A stretch of 64,000 bases of DNA from Utricularia gibba. Lineage: Eukaryota; Plantae; Magnoliophyta. The stretch spans positions 3,162,001-3,226,000 of the forward strand of contig NEEC01000012.1 in NCBI GenBank assembly GCA_002189035.1, written 5' to 3'. Below the pieces are notes generated by a model, which saw only the letters and a list, made by a program, of their open reading frames with translations, did no database searches and was not told the origin of the DNA. The translations under genes were made by a program, and so were the position numbers. Positions 1-12,665 of this stretch are shown piece after piece (the stretch's first letter is position 1; the number at the start of each line of letters is the position of its first letter).

Positions 1-16
1 GGTCTCCTCCGGCCAT
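1..16 (-). CDS. Possible start (MAGGD...) of a gene running off the left edge
   Basis: Minus strand reads ...tattgcg ATG GCC GGA GGA GAC C, downstream of a TATA-like gcatataac and a pyrimidine-rich leader. Only 5 codons are visible. Confidence 0.3.
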
Positions 17-1644
17 CGCAATACAAGTAACTGCTGGTGTGCGAGAGTTCCGGTTGGATGGGTTGTGAGAAGCGGAGGTGATTGTTATATGCAGTGAATT
101 TGGAGGGCAGTTGTGGCCGTTAATGGCCTCCACCCGCCTTTACCAGCGCCGCAGTCCACAGCATTCATTGCCTTCGTTGTCGGTGCTTGACCGATCCCCA
201 TGACACCTCCGATATAACTTTTAAAAAAATAATTGATTTTTTAAATTTTTTATACTATAAATGGTTGATATTTAATAATAAAAATTAATTTTAAATCAAT
301 TATAAAAGTACCTAAATTATTCCAAACAAAATCCTTAGTCTACTCTCATACAAGCACAAATCCACAGGTTTTGATAGAAACCCTATGATTGTGTTTTGTA
401 GATAATATTAGATGAGAAATGTTAATAGATATAATTTACGAAGAATTAAAATTTGATATCTTTCAACTTTGGAATATTTGAATCCTCCAAATAATAAGTA
501 CATACTCGTGTTTTCGTATAAATAAAACGTTTATCATCTTTCATCAACCAAATCATATATCCCTATCTCATCTAATATAATTATTTGAATAGAATAACCA
601 AACACATGCTACGGTGCTTAGTGTGAATCATCATCATCATTAAATCTATAATTTGCATCTAATTAAATTAAAAAATACACTTACTTAGGGATGTTAGAAT
701 ATAAATTTAATCATAAATGAAAAATGTGGTGCACATGTGGGGAAACGTGTTCCTTAATGGCAAAGCATCCAATAGTTGGTAAGAAAAATAATGCCGTCAT
801 GATTAAGTCAAGCTTGTTGCGTTGAGGGGACATCGGGAGTGGCACCAATAATGCATGCACTACTAAATGATGTCTCCATTATTATTGCCCCATTAAAAAA
901 ATAAATAAATAAGAAAGGAATTCGAAATCATGATGTGGTTCCTAAACATAATTCGATGTCACCTCGCTATCAGGGATGTATTAAAAAAGTAATCGTCCTT
1001 TTTTTAATATATGATAACAGTAATCATCTTTTTATAAAAAATTGATGTTATTACGTGAGAAAGAAAGACACTATGGTTAATTTTATACATGACTAGTTCT
1101 TGCAACTTCACTAAACATGGCAACATGCATGTTGATTAATAGAGTTTTTAAACATGAATTTTTAATTTGATCGTTATTAAAATTATAAAAAAAATAGCAC
1201 TCTTCAATAAAGCGTTATTTAAATGAATATTACTTAACAAAATATATAATATATTATTAAAATATTCTAATTGAAAATTTTAAAAACAATTTTTTAAATG
1301 ATTCGAGTTGAGTCGGGTGAGTGTTTTCATGGGCCTGAAGCCCGAGGATCCAGTGGGAGGGCCCAGCTCATATATTGATTTTAGGGAAAAGAAATTAATT
1401 AATGCGTGTCTCGGGCAGGGTAGATTCCCTTTGCTTAGACCGGATAAACCCTGTCCGGTTTTCACGTATACTCCTCCACGTGCGCTGACTGGAGAGTAAA
1501 CAGTAAACACACGTGACCTGACACCTCACGCCGAATTTAAAAAAGGAAAAATAACAAAAGCAGCAGTTATTCAAAAAAAGAGGAAAGGGGCAACATAGAA
1601 AACGGAATCCAATTCCTGGACGCGGACACGGCACGGCAACACTT

Positions 1645-2498
1645 CTAGAAATCGTCGCCGCCATAGTCACCTGCCTCGAAGTCGTCTTCGACCCGTTCCG
1701 CCGCCTCGTCGGCGATGTGATCCTCCAGTTTATCGAACCCCTCGGCTAGCGCCAGGCCTCCCAGGGCGCCGGCCACTGCACCGACCGCCAGTCCCGTTCC
1801 CATCCCCCCAAATTTGCTCTTCTTCTTCTCCTCGTACACGGGCGCTGGCTGCTGCTGCTGCCCGTAGTACCCTCCCTGCTGCTGCTGCTGCCCATAGTAA
1901 CCGCCGTGGACTGCGTAGCTCGGCGCTGGGGGCCGTAGGCAGATCCCGGATATCCAGAAGGCGGCGCAGCGTACGGCACCGCGTCGTGTGGTCTTCCGTA
2001 ACCAGAAGGTGGGTATTCCGAAGGGTAATTCCTAGATCCGGAGTGGGGGACGCCATAGGGCGGGGCGTAGTAGGGATCATGCGATCGGTACCGTGAATCG
2101 CGCACCGAAACGACGACGTCGAGCTTGCCGTGTGGGCGGCCGGATGGGCGCTTGAGTTCGAGCTTCTTCTCGAATCTGGCGGCGTACCCGGCATCGTCGA
2201 CGACGTCACGGAGTCGGAGCTTGGCGGATCCGATCAGGGCCTTGGTCCCCTCCCCGGGCTTCGCGTTGACGATGTCGATGTAGAGAGTGGAGTCCTCGAT
2301 CGGGGAATCGAAGGAGATAACCAGCTTCTGGTCCCAATACGGCGACGTATCACCTTCCTCGTCGACACGTGTCGTCGATTTCGCCGCCGGGTCCACCCAG
2401 ACGACGGCATACGGCTTCACACTGCCGTGAAGCCAGTTGACGTTCTTCAGATCCTTGGCGGACACGATGGTCACCTCCACCTCGTAACGCGACGCCAT
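1645..2498 (-). CDS. Intronless C2-domain protein (SRC2/BAP-like) with Pro/Tyr/Gly/Gln-rich tail; one apparent 1-bp frameshift at 1928-1932
   Basis: N-terminus [28 protein letters not shown] is a C2 fold. The typical C-terminus ([28 protein letters not shown]) lies in another frame (1645-1839). Adding one G to G5 at 1928-1932 joins them via [38 protein letters not shown]. Confidence 0.9.
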
Positions 2499-2531
2499 TA
2501 CTCCGCTTCAGATTATGACCCGTTTTGATGG

Positions 2532-2844
2532 TATTTATAGCACGGAACTCCAGCCCTTAATTAACGTTTTCTGATAACAATCCACACATACGGACAACAC
2601 CAGTAAAATACTATTTCACCCTTCATCATTTTAATCTTTTTAATTAAAAATGTAATAAATAATATTTATAAAATGCATTGAAGGTCAACATAATGTAGAC
2701 TAGAAATATTTAGGTGGGATCTATGAAAAAAAATATTTACAGGCTTAGAAAAAGAGAAAGTAAATTCAATGGTGTTGTCATCGAGTAGGGGTAAAAGAGT
2801 CAATTACTAGTAGGGGCCACACTTCCCCGCGTGGTAGCCGCGTT
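2532..2844 (-). promoter_or_regulatory. C2-gene promoter: TATA box plus two CGCG (CAMTA/RSRE-type) boxes
   Basis: TATAAATA on the minus strand at 2532-2539; CCGCGT at 2827-2832 and CCGCGTT at 2838-2844. Confidence 0.5.
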
Positions 2845-3188
2845 GGGTTCCTGTTAACCTGAAAAAAAAAGAATAAACGATTTTGAATATCTAATTATTG
2901 TAGATAATATAGAATTATTATAAAATTTTATTGTGTATAATTTATTAATAAAATTTAATTATTATAAAACATATATTTAGATTTCAATAGTAATTATTAT
3001 ACATAGTATTTGCTATATTCGTAAAATATATAATATTTGCAATTTCATGTGTTTCAGGGAACTGAATGGGGCCGGTGGGTGTGTATTAATTTATTCTGGG
3101 CTTGCTTGTGGACAGCCCATTTGGGAATGGATTGGGAAAAGAAGTTATGAATGTGGAGGGGCATTTGCGTCAAATACTAAAGATTTTT

Positions 3189-3196
3189 GACCGTTG
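3189..3196. promoter_or_regulatory. MSA-like (AACGG core, MYB3R) element upstream of the PATRONUS-like gene
   Basis: GACCGTTG (reverse complement CAACGGTC) near the presumed TSS of a cell-division gene. Confidence 0.4.
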
Positions 3197-3780
3197 CCGT
3201 CCGTCAGTCTCGTATATACCAATTACATTCGAAACGAGATGGGCGGCTCATTCCTGAAAGGCGTTGTTGAAGTTCTAGAAATTGTTCGGGAAGTAATCGT
3301 CTTGGAAGAAGATTGAGAGCCTGATTGTTGCAAATCTTTGAGTCGTTCGTGATACTTTCTGAATTGCTTCTTCCTTTTCCTTGTTTAAGCTTCTGGATGT
3401 ATGCACAACGTTAGCTCTGCCATTTTTGTGCGATAGATGTATGTATTTCACGTGCTTTTGTGGGATTCAAATTTGATATGGATTGATTGATTTTGTGTGG
3501 AGGGGTGAATTTTGAGTTGTATAAGAGTTTGAGCGCTATCAGGTGGAGATCGGGTTTAGGGGATAGGGTTAGAAGGGAAAAATTATGGGATGCTCATGTA
3601 AGATCTTGTTTCGTGCGAGTTTCAACTTCTGTGGTAATGATTGTTATATTTGCAAGTAACTCTTGCGCATTTCTGGGAAATTCTTGGGGATATTTTTGTT
3701 TCTCGGTTTATGTGAAATTCTGTTTTAATTGTTAACTGTGTCTTGCTTCAGTGTGAGGAACGTCTGTTGATAAACTGGAC

Positions 3781-4887
3781 ATGGCAACATCCACTCATCG
3801 CTCTATGCGAAATCAGAATTCGAGTTTACTCTACAATGGTAACTGCATTCTACATTTGGGAAATTGTTTTGCGGTGTATCTCATGCCTTGTTATCATACG
3901 CAGGTGGTACTCCTAGCAGCAAGACCGCTTTCCCAAAGGCAGATGACAGAGGACTTGGTGGAAGGAAAGCTCTGAATGACATATCAAATTCCAGAAATGC
4001 GGCTATGGTTCAGCCTCTGAAGAAAAATACCTCTACCAGTGTCATTTCAGTAGAAAAAGATTCGAATATTGCTAAGACAAAACGCCCGAGAGCGCCTGAG
4101 AAAAAGAGCAACGGTGGTAGAAAACCACTCAGTGATGTTACGAATTCTGTTGAGCCAAGCTTGCAGCAGGTACAAAAGGCTGTCTTGAAATCAAAACGTG
4201 TTTCAGAAGAAAATGCTCCAACTTCCATCCTGGGCGAGGGATTTCTGCACAACCATGAAAATTGCATCAAACCACAGACAACAGTCCTGGACAAAGAATA
4301 CTTTTTGTCTTCTGTCGGACTAAATGGCACAGGTAACCCCAGCAACCCTCTCTCTTTATGGATACAGTTAAGGCCTGCCTAATTGCATAGAGCTTGTTGT
4401 TCTACACCTGCCTAATCAAAAGAAGACTTTTGGTTAAAAAACGAAGTGCATGATCTTGCATGATCTTCGTTTTGCCCTTTTGAAGATCATTTTTGAGATT
4501 CATGCATTCCACCAACAGAAGCAAAACAAGCCCTACATCTAGCTTACAATCTTCTGTTTTCTATGTTGTTGGTTCAACAGGCAAGTCCCCGCAGCTATCT
4601 GGTATAAGCGTACTAGGCTCATCCAAAAAGGTAATCTCTTCATTCTCCCCAATCTCATCCATCATAAACAGCTTTTGACTCACAAACTTTTGGCATTTCA
4701 GCTCAAAAGGGATGATCCATTGACCGGTATGGAGATTGAAGCGATCCTCGAGCTGCCTCTTGATGATCATCGTCAACCTGATTGCCTTTCTCCAACCTGC
4801 AAATCACCAAGCTCACCACCTCCACTACCCATAATGAACTTGGATGACGACATTGCTTGCTTGCTTGCTACTGTCCCACGCCCCTAA
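3781..4887 (+). CDS. PANS: PATRONUS-like protein (plant securin-like separase inhibitor); exons 3781-3838, 3904-4332, 4581-4630, 4702-4887
   Basis: D-box GGRKALNDISN, second GGRKPLSDVTN and conserved GEGFLHNHENCIK. All four exons join in phase at GT-AG sites. Confidence 0.85.
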
Positions 4888-6296
4888 CAAACCCCTGTGA
4901 TGGTGTGGAGAGCATCAGCTGATGCCACTGCTTGATTGTTTAGTTTCTGGAAATGTTGCAATGTGTCAGCAGCACAAAGTAGGCAGATCAGGTACTGTGC
5001 TGTTGCTTTCTTTGGCCTTACACTCTTCCTTCATCTTCATGAACATAGCGCTGATCCCAATTTGAGTAGTTCAGTTCACAACATACTTGAATGTGTTGAA
5101 TAGTATGGTTCAATATACATCTAATTTCATTTTTTCCATGTATTATAAATAATTTATCAAATGTTATATTATTTTAAACATATATTCATAAAAGCTACAT
5201 ATTTATTTTGAAATATATGTAATTAAAATATGACAAATAATTATAATTAGTCACTGATTCACAAAATTTGCTACTGTGCTTTTTTGAATATCCCAAGCGG
5301 AGGTAAGTTTTAAAATTGATTGTTTAATTATTTATACATGTAAAATGAGAGGCTATGGAAATACCAAAAACACAGAAGAGCACAAAAAGCCTGACCTTCT
5401 GACTCAAAATTCTTCACAGAGACGGAGGAAGATGGAATGAATACGCTACAATTCCGAGGGACCCTCGCTGATGGCAGTTCGCCGCGCGATCCTATTTATC
5501 TTGCCGGATCATTGCAGGGTGCATTGATCTGATCTGCGCCGGGCAAGGCGGCGCATTCTTCAGGGTTTTTTTGTGTGTCTACAGCCTCCTTTAGGTGTTG
5601 GTGATGAGGATCGGAGTTGAGGAGATTGGAGGATATTAGTTCTATCTAGGAGGAATTGCTCTTTCGTTTTATTTCTTTTTTTGCTAGATTGATAGGATTT
5701 GCAAGGGGTGGAGGATTAACGGATGATGAGTAAATGATCTGATTTTCGATCGCTGAGTTGTAACTTTTACAGGTATTGGAATTTGGGAAATCAGCTTTTT
5801 TTCTGTGGTTTGTCTTGTTTTGCTTCGTATGGGTGCAAAAAAACCTAGTATGCTGTAGGCGAAGGAATCTGTTCGTTGGGTTTATCGTTTTGTGTTGTGG
5901 AGATTTATTTGATTCTAGCTTTTGATGCCTTATTCTGCATGAACCCTAAAACCCTCAGAGAAGACTTTCTTCAACCTGAGCATCCTGTTGCAGAAACCTT
6001 TCGTCCCGCGGCCCGGTTATCTGACTAGTTGTTGCAAAATACTGATGGATTTGCATGTTCTTAGTAAGCGTGTTTGACTATCATTTGGCTAAATGCTTTG
6101 CATGAAGTGGTTCTGGATTTATATATTTGAATTCTCCCGTGTGTCGGTTTCATATATTTACTCTTAGTGTTCTTAATAATGTGCTAGCTACCCTGTTGTT
6201 TGACTCTGTCGAAGACCTCTGCTTTATCTTCAGCTTCACCTTGTTGATGATGAACGTTTACCACTGCAGCATAGGTGAAGGTGTTTATTCAAGACT

Positions 6297-7370
6297 ATGA
6301 TGAATATGGAGACAGACAACTGTAACATTACACACTTGTATTCAGACGCCCATTTGCCACCTAGAAAGCGGTTCTTGGCTGGATTCAGGAGGCAGAGCTG
6401 TGATTTCAATTGCCCTGCTCCATCCACTTCTCATACAGTTGATACTACATACGATACTCGACTTGATAATTTGTTGAAAGCCACTATAGATAATCCTGAA
6501 CTTCCAAATGATGATATTGTTGAAACTTCAAGATCAGCTGCTGCAGAAGCTGCAAGGGTTGCTGTGGCAGCAAGAGCGAATGCTGAAATGAAGGCTGCAA
6601 AAGCAGCGAAAGCTATGGCTGTGGCCAGGATTGCCTTGGATCTAGTGGCCTCTCTTTCAGAAGAGGCTGCCAGAGGACAGAAGTCTGTAAGAAAGAGTAA
6701 GATGAAAAAGCATGTAACAGTCGAGGCACTTTACAGTAAGAATAACGGGATTGCTAGTTCCAGAAAAGATGAGGAATTGGGCCAGAAGTTGCATCAAATT
6801 ATAAATGGTTCCCCAAGAACTCCGAAATATGCATCAGATTCTGATGCAAAGAACCAGAAGCATAAGAGGCTGAAGTGCTCTGGTTCGGCTTCAGTTGGGG
6901 ACACCATCCAAACTGCAGTTCTACCAGTGGAAGGAAACGACTCTTCTACTGAGAAAGTAGCGCTTACTCCCGAAACTCCTCTAAAACTGACTGATATGAT
7001 TGTGGTAGATTTGAATGTGCGTGTGCAACACCGCATTACTGATCATCCCAAATCCAAGTACAGGGAATCTGGCCTCCCCTCAGCAGATAAAACTATTGAA
7101 TTATTGGACATTTCTAGCAAGAAAAGGGGAAGAATGAAGCAGAAAAAGCTTCCTTTGAGCATCTGTAACGTCAAGGATCAGACCAACACGAAAGATTATC
7201 AATGCCTCCAAGCTACTCAACATCCTGAAGAAGATAACACAATCATGGAGCCCTCATTTTCAGCAGATAATCCCGCAACAAGCATGCTTGCAATGGATGG
7301 ATCATCAGCATGGAAATGCCAAGCCTTCAGAGCACCCACTGTGACCCAAAACAAGGTAATGCAGTTATAA
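6297..7370 (+). CDS. Uncharacterised conserved plant protein (357 aa, single coding exon), N-terminal LPPRKRFLAG motif and Ala-rich helix
   Basis: 357-aa open frame preceded by a leader with an apparent intron. The LPPRKR.LAG and AAAEAARVAVAARANAEMKAAKAAKA segments match a plant family I recall as At4g35510-like. Confidence 0.8.
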   Translation: MMNMETDNCNITHLYSDAHLPPRKRFLAGFRRQSCDFNCPAPSTSHTVDTTYDTRLDNLLKATIDNPELPNDDIVETSRSAAAEAARVAVAARANAEMKAAKAAKAMAVARIALDLVASLSEEAARGQKSVRKSKMKKHVTVEALYSKNNGIASSRKDEELGQKLHQIINGSPRTPKYASDSDAKNQKHKRLKCSGSASVGDTIQTAVLPVEGNDSSTEKVALTPETPLKLTDMIVVDLNVRVQHRITDHPKSKYRESGLPSADKTIELLDISSKKRGRMKQKKLPLSICNVKDQTNTKDYQCLQATQHPEEDNTIMEPSFSADNPATSMLAMDGSSAWKCQAFRAPTVTQNKVMQL

Positions 7371-8980
7371 AACCTGTAATTTAGCTAAAGCGGAGAGAGG
7401 GCTATCTCAGTAACAGCCAAGGGATAGATGTCTGGTTGCAGTTTTCTTTCAGAATAGACATGGTGTCCTCCTTTAATGTTCTTTGTTATATTGGCTTTGA
7501 ACTTAATATGTATATCTGCTGCGCTTGTATGCTTGCGTTTGTTTACTGGTTGATTGCTTCCTTCCAGAGAGCATATAGTTGAGATGTATACCTCTGGGTA
7601 GATGATTTTTCCAGTTGAATTGTGATTTGGGATCCAGAAAATTGATGAGTGACTGCTGACAGCTTCATTGGGATATTATTTAGAGAGTAATTAATCGAAA
7701 AAATTAATTACAATTAACGTTAATGATTAATGATAGATGAGAATAGGAACAATAAATAAGAACGGCTGTGTCATGACGACCCTCGATATCATCAGACAGG
7801 GACTCGTTGACTCGGTTAGCGACAGACCGGGAACTCTCGAGAACATCCAAGGGTATTTATGTCATTGGTGAGAAGTACTAGGGGTAGGATCGTCACGGCG
7901 ATATATAGAGCGAAGGTGCGTGTACAATTTTTACTCTTTCCGGTAGCTGATAATCCTCCTCGTAAAGCGATATAAGTGGTTTTTGCGCCGAGTTTTCGAT
8001 CGGTGTTTGTTTCTGTCGCAGCGGCGGTTGAAGATCTGAGTGAAATAACTTGGGGAGATTGTGTTTGTGGTTACGCGGTGGCGCACTCTGTGTAGACGAG
8101 ATTTCGGAGTGGGATTTCTTGTGACCTGTGGATTTCTGAAGAGTCCACCGCAGTGAATGTGTGAATTTTGTGAGATTTGGATGCCTTGAGTGGATTAATC
8201 GAGACGCTAATAGTTGATATTTGAGATGTTGAAAAGTGATTAAGGTATATGAAGGCTACGCGAGTTTCTTTTGATTTCTATGTTGGATGCTTTTTCTTGT
8301 TTCTGTTTCCCTGCTGTCATGATGCTTGGAAATCTCCGAACTTCGAGATCCGTGGTTTGGGCAATCGTTTTAGGGTTTTAATATCTCAGTTTGAATTTGT
8401 GGTTCAAGAGTTAGTCATTCCTATCTTTCTCTGTTTGGAGGCAAGCGTCGCGCCTACCAAGCCGAACAAGCTTTTCAGTCTGGTGTAGCATATATTTTTT
8501 TTGGAAGAGAAATTCCATTGGACATTGAATATGTGGACTAGATCGCGGTTTTTTGGATGGAAACATGCCGTTCTATGGCTTCATTGGTTATTTTATTCTC
8601 TGAAGGCAAAGAGACGACAGGATGACATGAGAAAAAAAATTTGCTTGCGAGCTTAAATTTCAAACCTGGGTTGAGGGTGTATGTTTTAGGTTCTGAATTT
8701 TTATGAGCTCGGAAGTGAAGTTAAAACTTTGAGTGATTTAAGTTATTGAAGCTTAGTTCCTTCGTGATTCCTGTTAGAATTGATCCATTGAGGTAAACGG
8801 TGTAGATAGGAAAATGTATGATTATTGCTACACCAATATGCTTTCTCACTTGGTTAGGTTGGTTGTGCGATGTTCCTTGCTGAATCTATTTTCTTTTATC
8901 AGGCTACTTCCTGTTGATCCAAGTTTCGCACATATCATCTGGATTTCAAAGAGAGAATTTCTGTAGCAAATACTCTGGAA

Positions 8981-11900
8981 ATGAGCCTGGTATCCACTGA
9001 AATGAGTGCTGATATCGGCCTTGAGGTCAGGAACTCAGAAAATCTAGAATTAAGGTGGAAACTGGTAAAGAGAGGCAGGAGCTCCAGGAAATCATCACGT
9101 AGAAGCTTGAATCCCGTTGGGAATTTAATTCGGTCCTCTAGCCCTAGAAGGGTCAGAGATTTTTCTAAACCAGATTCTAACAAGGTCTTTTTCTAACACT
9201 CTTTCCATGGGTGTTACTTCAATGACCTAACATATATATGTGCTATTTTTTCCAGTTTCATGAGGTTATCTTGGATCAATCAAAATCTGGAAAGTTAGAG
9301 AGTATTCCTATTAAGAAAAGAAGACACCTACTCTCTGAAGACAATATTTCTCAATGCCCTTCTCCATCTTTTGAAGACAATAGGCAGCATAATTTTCCCC
9401 AACTTTCTTCAGGTTAGAGGTCGTCTAACCTCGAATTATGATGAAATTCCTGTGAAGGTTATTGAGTTTGTGAGGGATAATCTATTTTATTGTTATCTAA
9501 TGAAAGTTATTAATTGTATACATAGGTGACTTTTCCGGTATTGAACTTCTTGCTGCCGCTGCTAGTATGGATAATGTCGATGATGATAGCAGTAATGAGA
9601 TTCATGTTAAAAAATCTTCAGAATGGGATCCCAAAACCGCAGATACATCAAGTGCTGTCTTGCCACCTGAGACCTTTTTAAAAAGCAGTGACTTGGAGAA
9701 ATTTTCCTGTGGAATGACTGGGAAGGCAGGTGACATTGGTTTGTCCTTAGTTTTGATTGATCCAGCTTCTGCTTCTGGAAGTCTTTGCAGAAGCACGGAA
9801 ATTGGACTTTTGAACAAGTCTGTGGATAGAAAACACTGGGATTTGAATATTCTTATGGATGCCTGGGATGAACCATGCACTTCAATGGCTGGGTCGAAGG
9901 TCTTGAATGATAATGCATTTGCTGGACCAACAAGGACGAAGGTAGATGAAGGAAATTCAGTAATTATTTCACTGGATAGAACATGCAACAAGGAAGCCCT
10001 GCATGGGTCATATTCTGATGTGATTACGCCTAACAATGATATTGAGGCAACTCACAATGGATCTGTGGGGATTGGTTATCAGTCGCCTTCTGATTCCCAT
10101 GACTCTCAGGTTCACTCCGTGACAGTTGATGGCAAACATAATTTTTCTCTCTTTCCAAAACCTTGTTGCACATCAGTTGTGTCTGATGGGAAGGTGAAAA
10201 GTAGCAGTGTTGACTCATGTAATTTATGTGACTCTGAGAGATCCTGTATGCGGGATAAAAGTCTTTCACCCATTTTAACTCCCATTTCTTATGGGATGAC
10301 TGGGCCTTCTGACACACAATGTCAAGATTCCAAAGGCTCTGGTAAGATGCATGGAACTGCATTTTATTTTGCTTATACTATAATTATAAGTATTGTAAAG
10401 ATGCTTTTTTTCCCAGTCTGATGCATGAAATTTATTGCAGCAGGCAACGTTCAAGATGCACAGTCTTTGTTGTGTTCTGACTCGAGGAATCAGATTGATA
10501 GGCCATGTACTACTGCCTCTGCTGAAGCTGGCAGCCATGACCCTTCATTACCTGCTGACTTTGAACCAGATCAAGGAGATGAGAACAATCAATTTGAAGA
10601 TTCTAGCAGTAGTTATAACTGTGGAGGACTTGATGATCCGAGAAACTCTTATGGAGTGCTTGATTCTACCAAGAATACCCATAATTTTTTATATGTTTCT
10701 CAGGATCAGCACATTCCCGTGTTTCAGGAAGATAATTTGACAGCTGTAAAGGAAGGTGGGTCTCCATATGAGGATGGGGAATTAAGGGCTCCATGTATGT
10801 ATTCATGGGAGGAAAATGAATGTGTAGACTATGAATCGGATGAAAAAAGTGAGGATGAAAATGATGTTGATGATTGCCGCACATCTGACTTCGCTGGGAA
10901 TGTATCTGACCTTGCCCATGGCATTCAAAGTAGAAATTTGATGGCAAAGGGATACTCAGAAGCTGACGAGAGTAACTGTGGACCTGTTGAACCTTCTCTG
11001 ATAAATAACCCCAGTCAAGATAATGGTGGGAATGACAAAATAGAAGGGAAGGGATCAAATGCAGGATCTGGTATCACAGTTGATCAGCCCATGGAAATTG
11101 TAGAGGAAAATGGAGAATCTAAGAAGAGAAGAGAGTTGTTTGGTTGTGGCTATGACGCCAAAATGAGAGAAACGACCGAGTGTGCATCATATGCGTCCAA
11201 GGGGAAACTCAGGTGGGGTGTTGAAAGAAGGCCATTAGTGGATGTTGGCGGCATTAATGGTTCTGCTTTCCCACCACTGTCCAGGTTAGCGCAGTTTACC
11301 TATTTTTTTTCCTTACTGTACATACTATTTTCTTAAATCATTTTTATGGTTGCTAGGTCACATCAGCACAGTAGTTTGTACTCCCGCCATGAGAGGGACA
11401 TTAGTCCTGGTAAGCACACGGGTCGACATAGATCTTCTCATGGTGTAACAGGTGGAGCTCATTGGGAGTCTTGGAGTTTGAGAAGGTACCATATCTCTGA
11501 GCATCAGCCATCTAAACTCCATGGTTCGAACAGGTCAAGAATCGTGAGTGATGGCGTTGGTGAAAGGTATTCTAGCAAGGAGTTACTCGATTCTAGGGAA
11601 ACTGATAACTCCAAAGGCTTCCAGAGATCCGCTTCACAACGTTCATCATTTGAACGGGAGGATTATGTTAGCTCGAGGAGAAGGATGCCTTTTAGAAGGG
11701 GCGTTGGGATCTTCATGAACAAAGGAAATTACTTGCATCAGTCAGATCGAGGTTTTGATGATTTTTCCAAACATTGTGATGATGATAATGGAATTCAGTT
11801 TCCACGCCCCTCGTCAAGCAGAAGCCAAAATTTTTCCCAGCATTCACTCAGGATCTTACCAGGGAGGAGGTCTCATTCAACATCCAGATCCCCATCCCCA

Positions 11901-12320
11901 AGGGCTTGGTATCCCCATCGGGAACAGACCATGGGCAGGAAGCACACCAGATCCCCAGATTACAGGCTTGATGTCCGAATGAAAAGACCAAGGGCGCCAT
12001 GTATGAAATCTGCCTATGATGAGGGGGGTTACATGCCTGCATCAAAAGGTCGTGTGTCCCTAGAGGACAGTTGTGGGTACACTGAATATTCTGCTTTTAG
12101 CAGCATGCATTTAAAGCAGAGGAGATCACCAGTCAGAGACTCTGGGCGCTCCCGCAGGCTGGATGCCATCCATTCTCCAGCATGGTTAAAGGCGGATGAG
12201 TACAACAGATCTGGAAACCGCCCTCGACGAGTTACTGTGTCAGCATCTGGAAAAGGAGACAAATCAGAGTCGGATTGCTACGACAGGAAACGGGATGGTC
12301 GCGTTGGCATCATCCGCTGA
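8981..12320 (+). CDS. Large low-complexity uncharacterised protein (At5g13590-like); exons 8981-9025, 9256-9412, 9526-10341, 10441-11284, 11357-12320
   Basis: Exons join in phase at GT-AG sites. Family motifs SIPIKKRRHL, FSGIELLAAAA, WDLNILMDAW and YEDGELR; RS-rich C-terminus. The start codon is uncertain (8981 or 9002). Confidence 0.8.
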
Positions 12321-12665
12321 GCTCTTTTTCCGGTGGCGGTAGATCTCACTTCTGATGTTCCTTTAAGCCTTACTGTTGCAGGGATCTTCAGGCAAGTCGA
12401 ACTGCTTGCCATCATGCCGTATTTATTAATAATAATACTCGCTAAGGGAAAGCGCCCGTTGTCGACAAATAATGCTGATCCCGCCAGTCTTACAACTTCC
12501 CTTTCACAATTTGATTCCCTAAGCTCTAGTGATTTTTAGCGGTCACAGAGCCTTTGATTGCTTCATGTTCTCCGGCCTCCCAGCGTTTTGTGCTCCTACT
12601 GGCCTTTCTGTATAGGAGTTGCTGCCTAAAGTAGGAATGTAAATGTTGAAGGATGAATTGATCAG

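Noticed and set aside
1928-1932. Programmed ribosomal frameshifting as the explanation for the split ORFs
   Set aside because: No slippery heptamer or stimulatory structure, and the same one-base loss occurs in unrelated genes; sequencing error is more parsimonious.
3553-3572. Telomere-like GGTTTAGGG/TAGGGTTAG (also AAACCCTAAACC at about 26655) as a telomerase-RNA template or interstitial telomere
   Set aside because: Only 1-2 units inside introns, which is ordinary telo-box occurrence; no USE/TATA promoter is adjacent.
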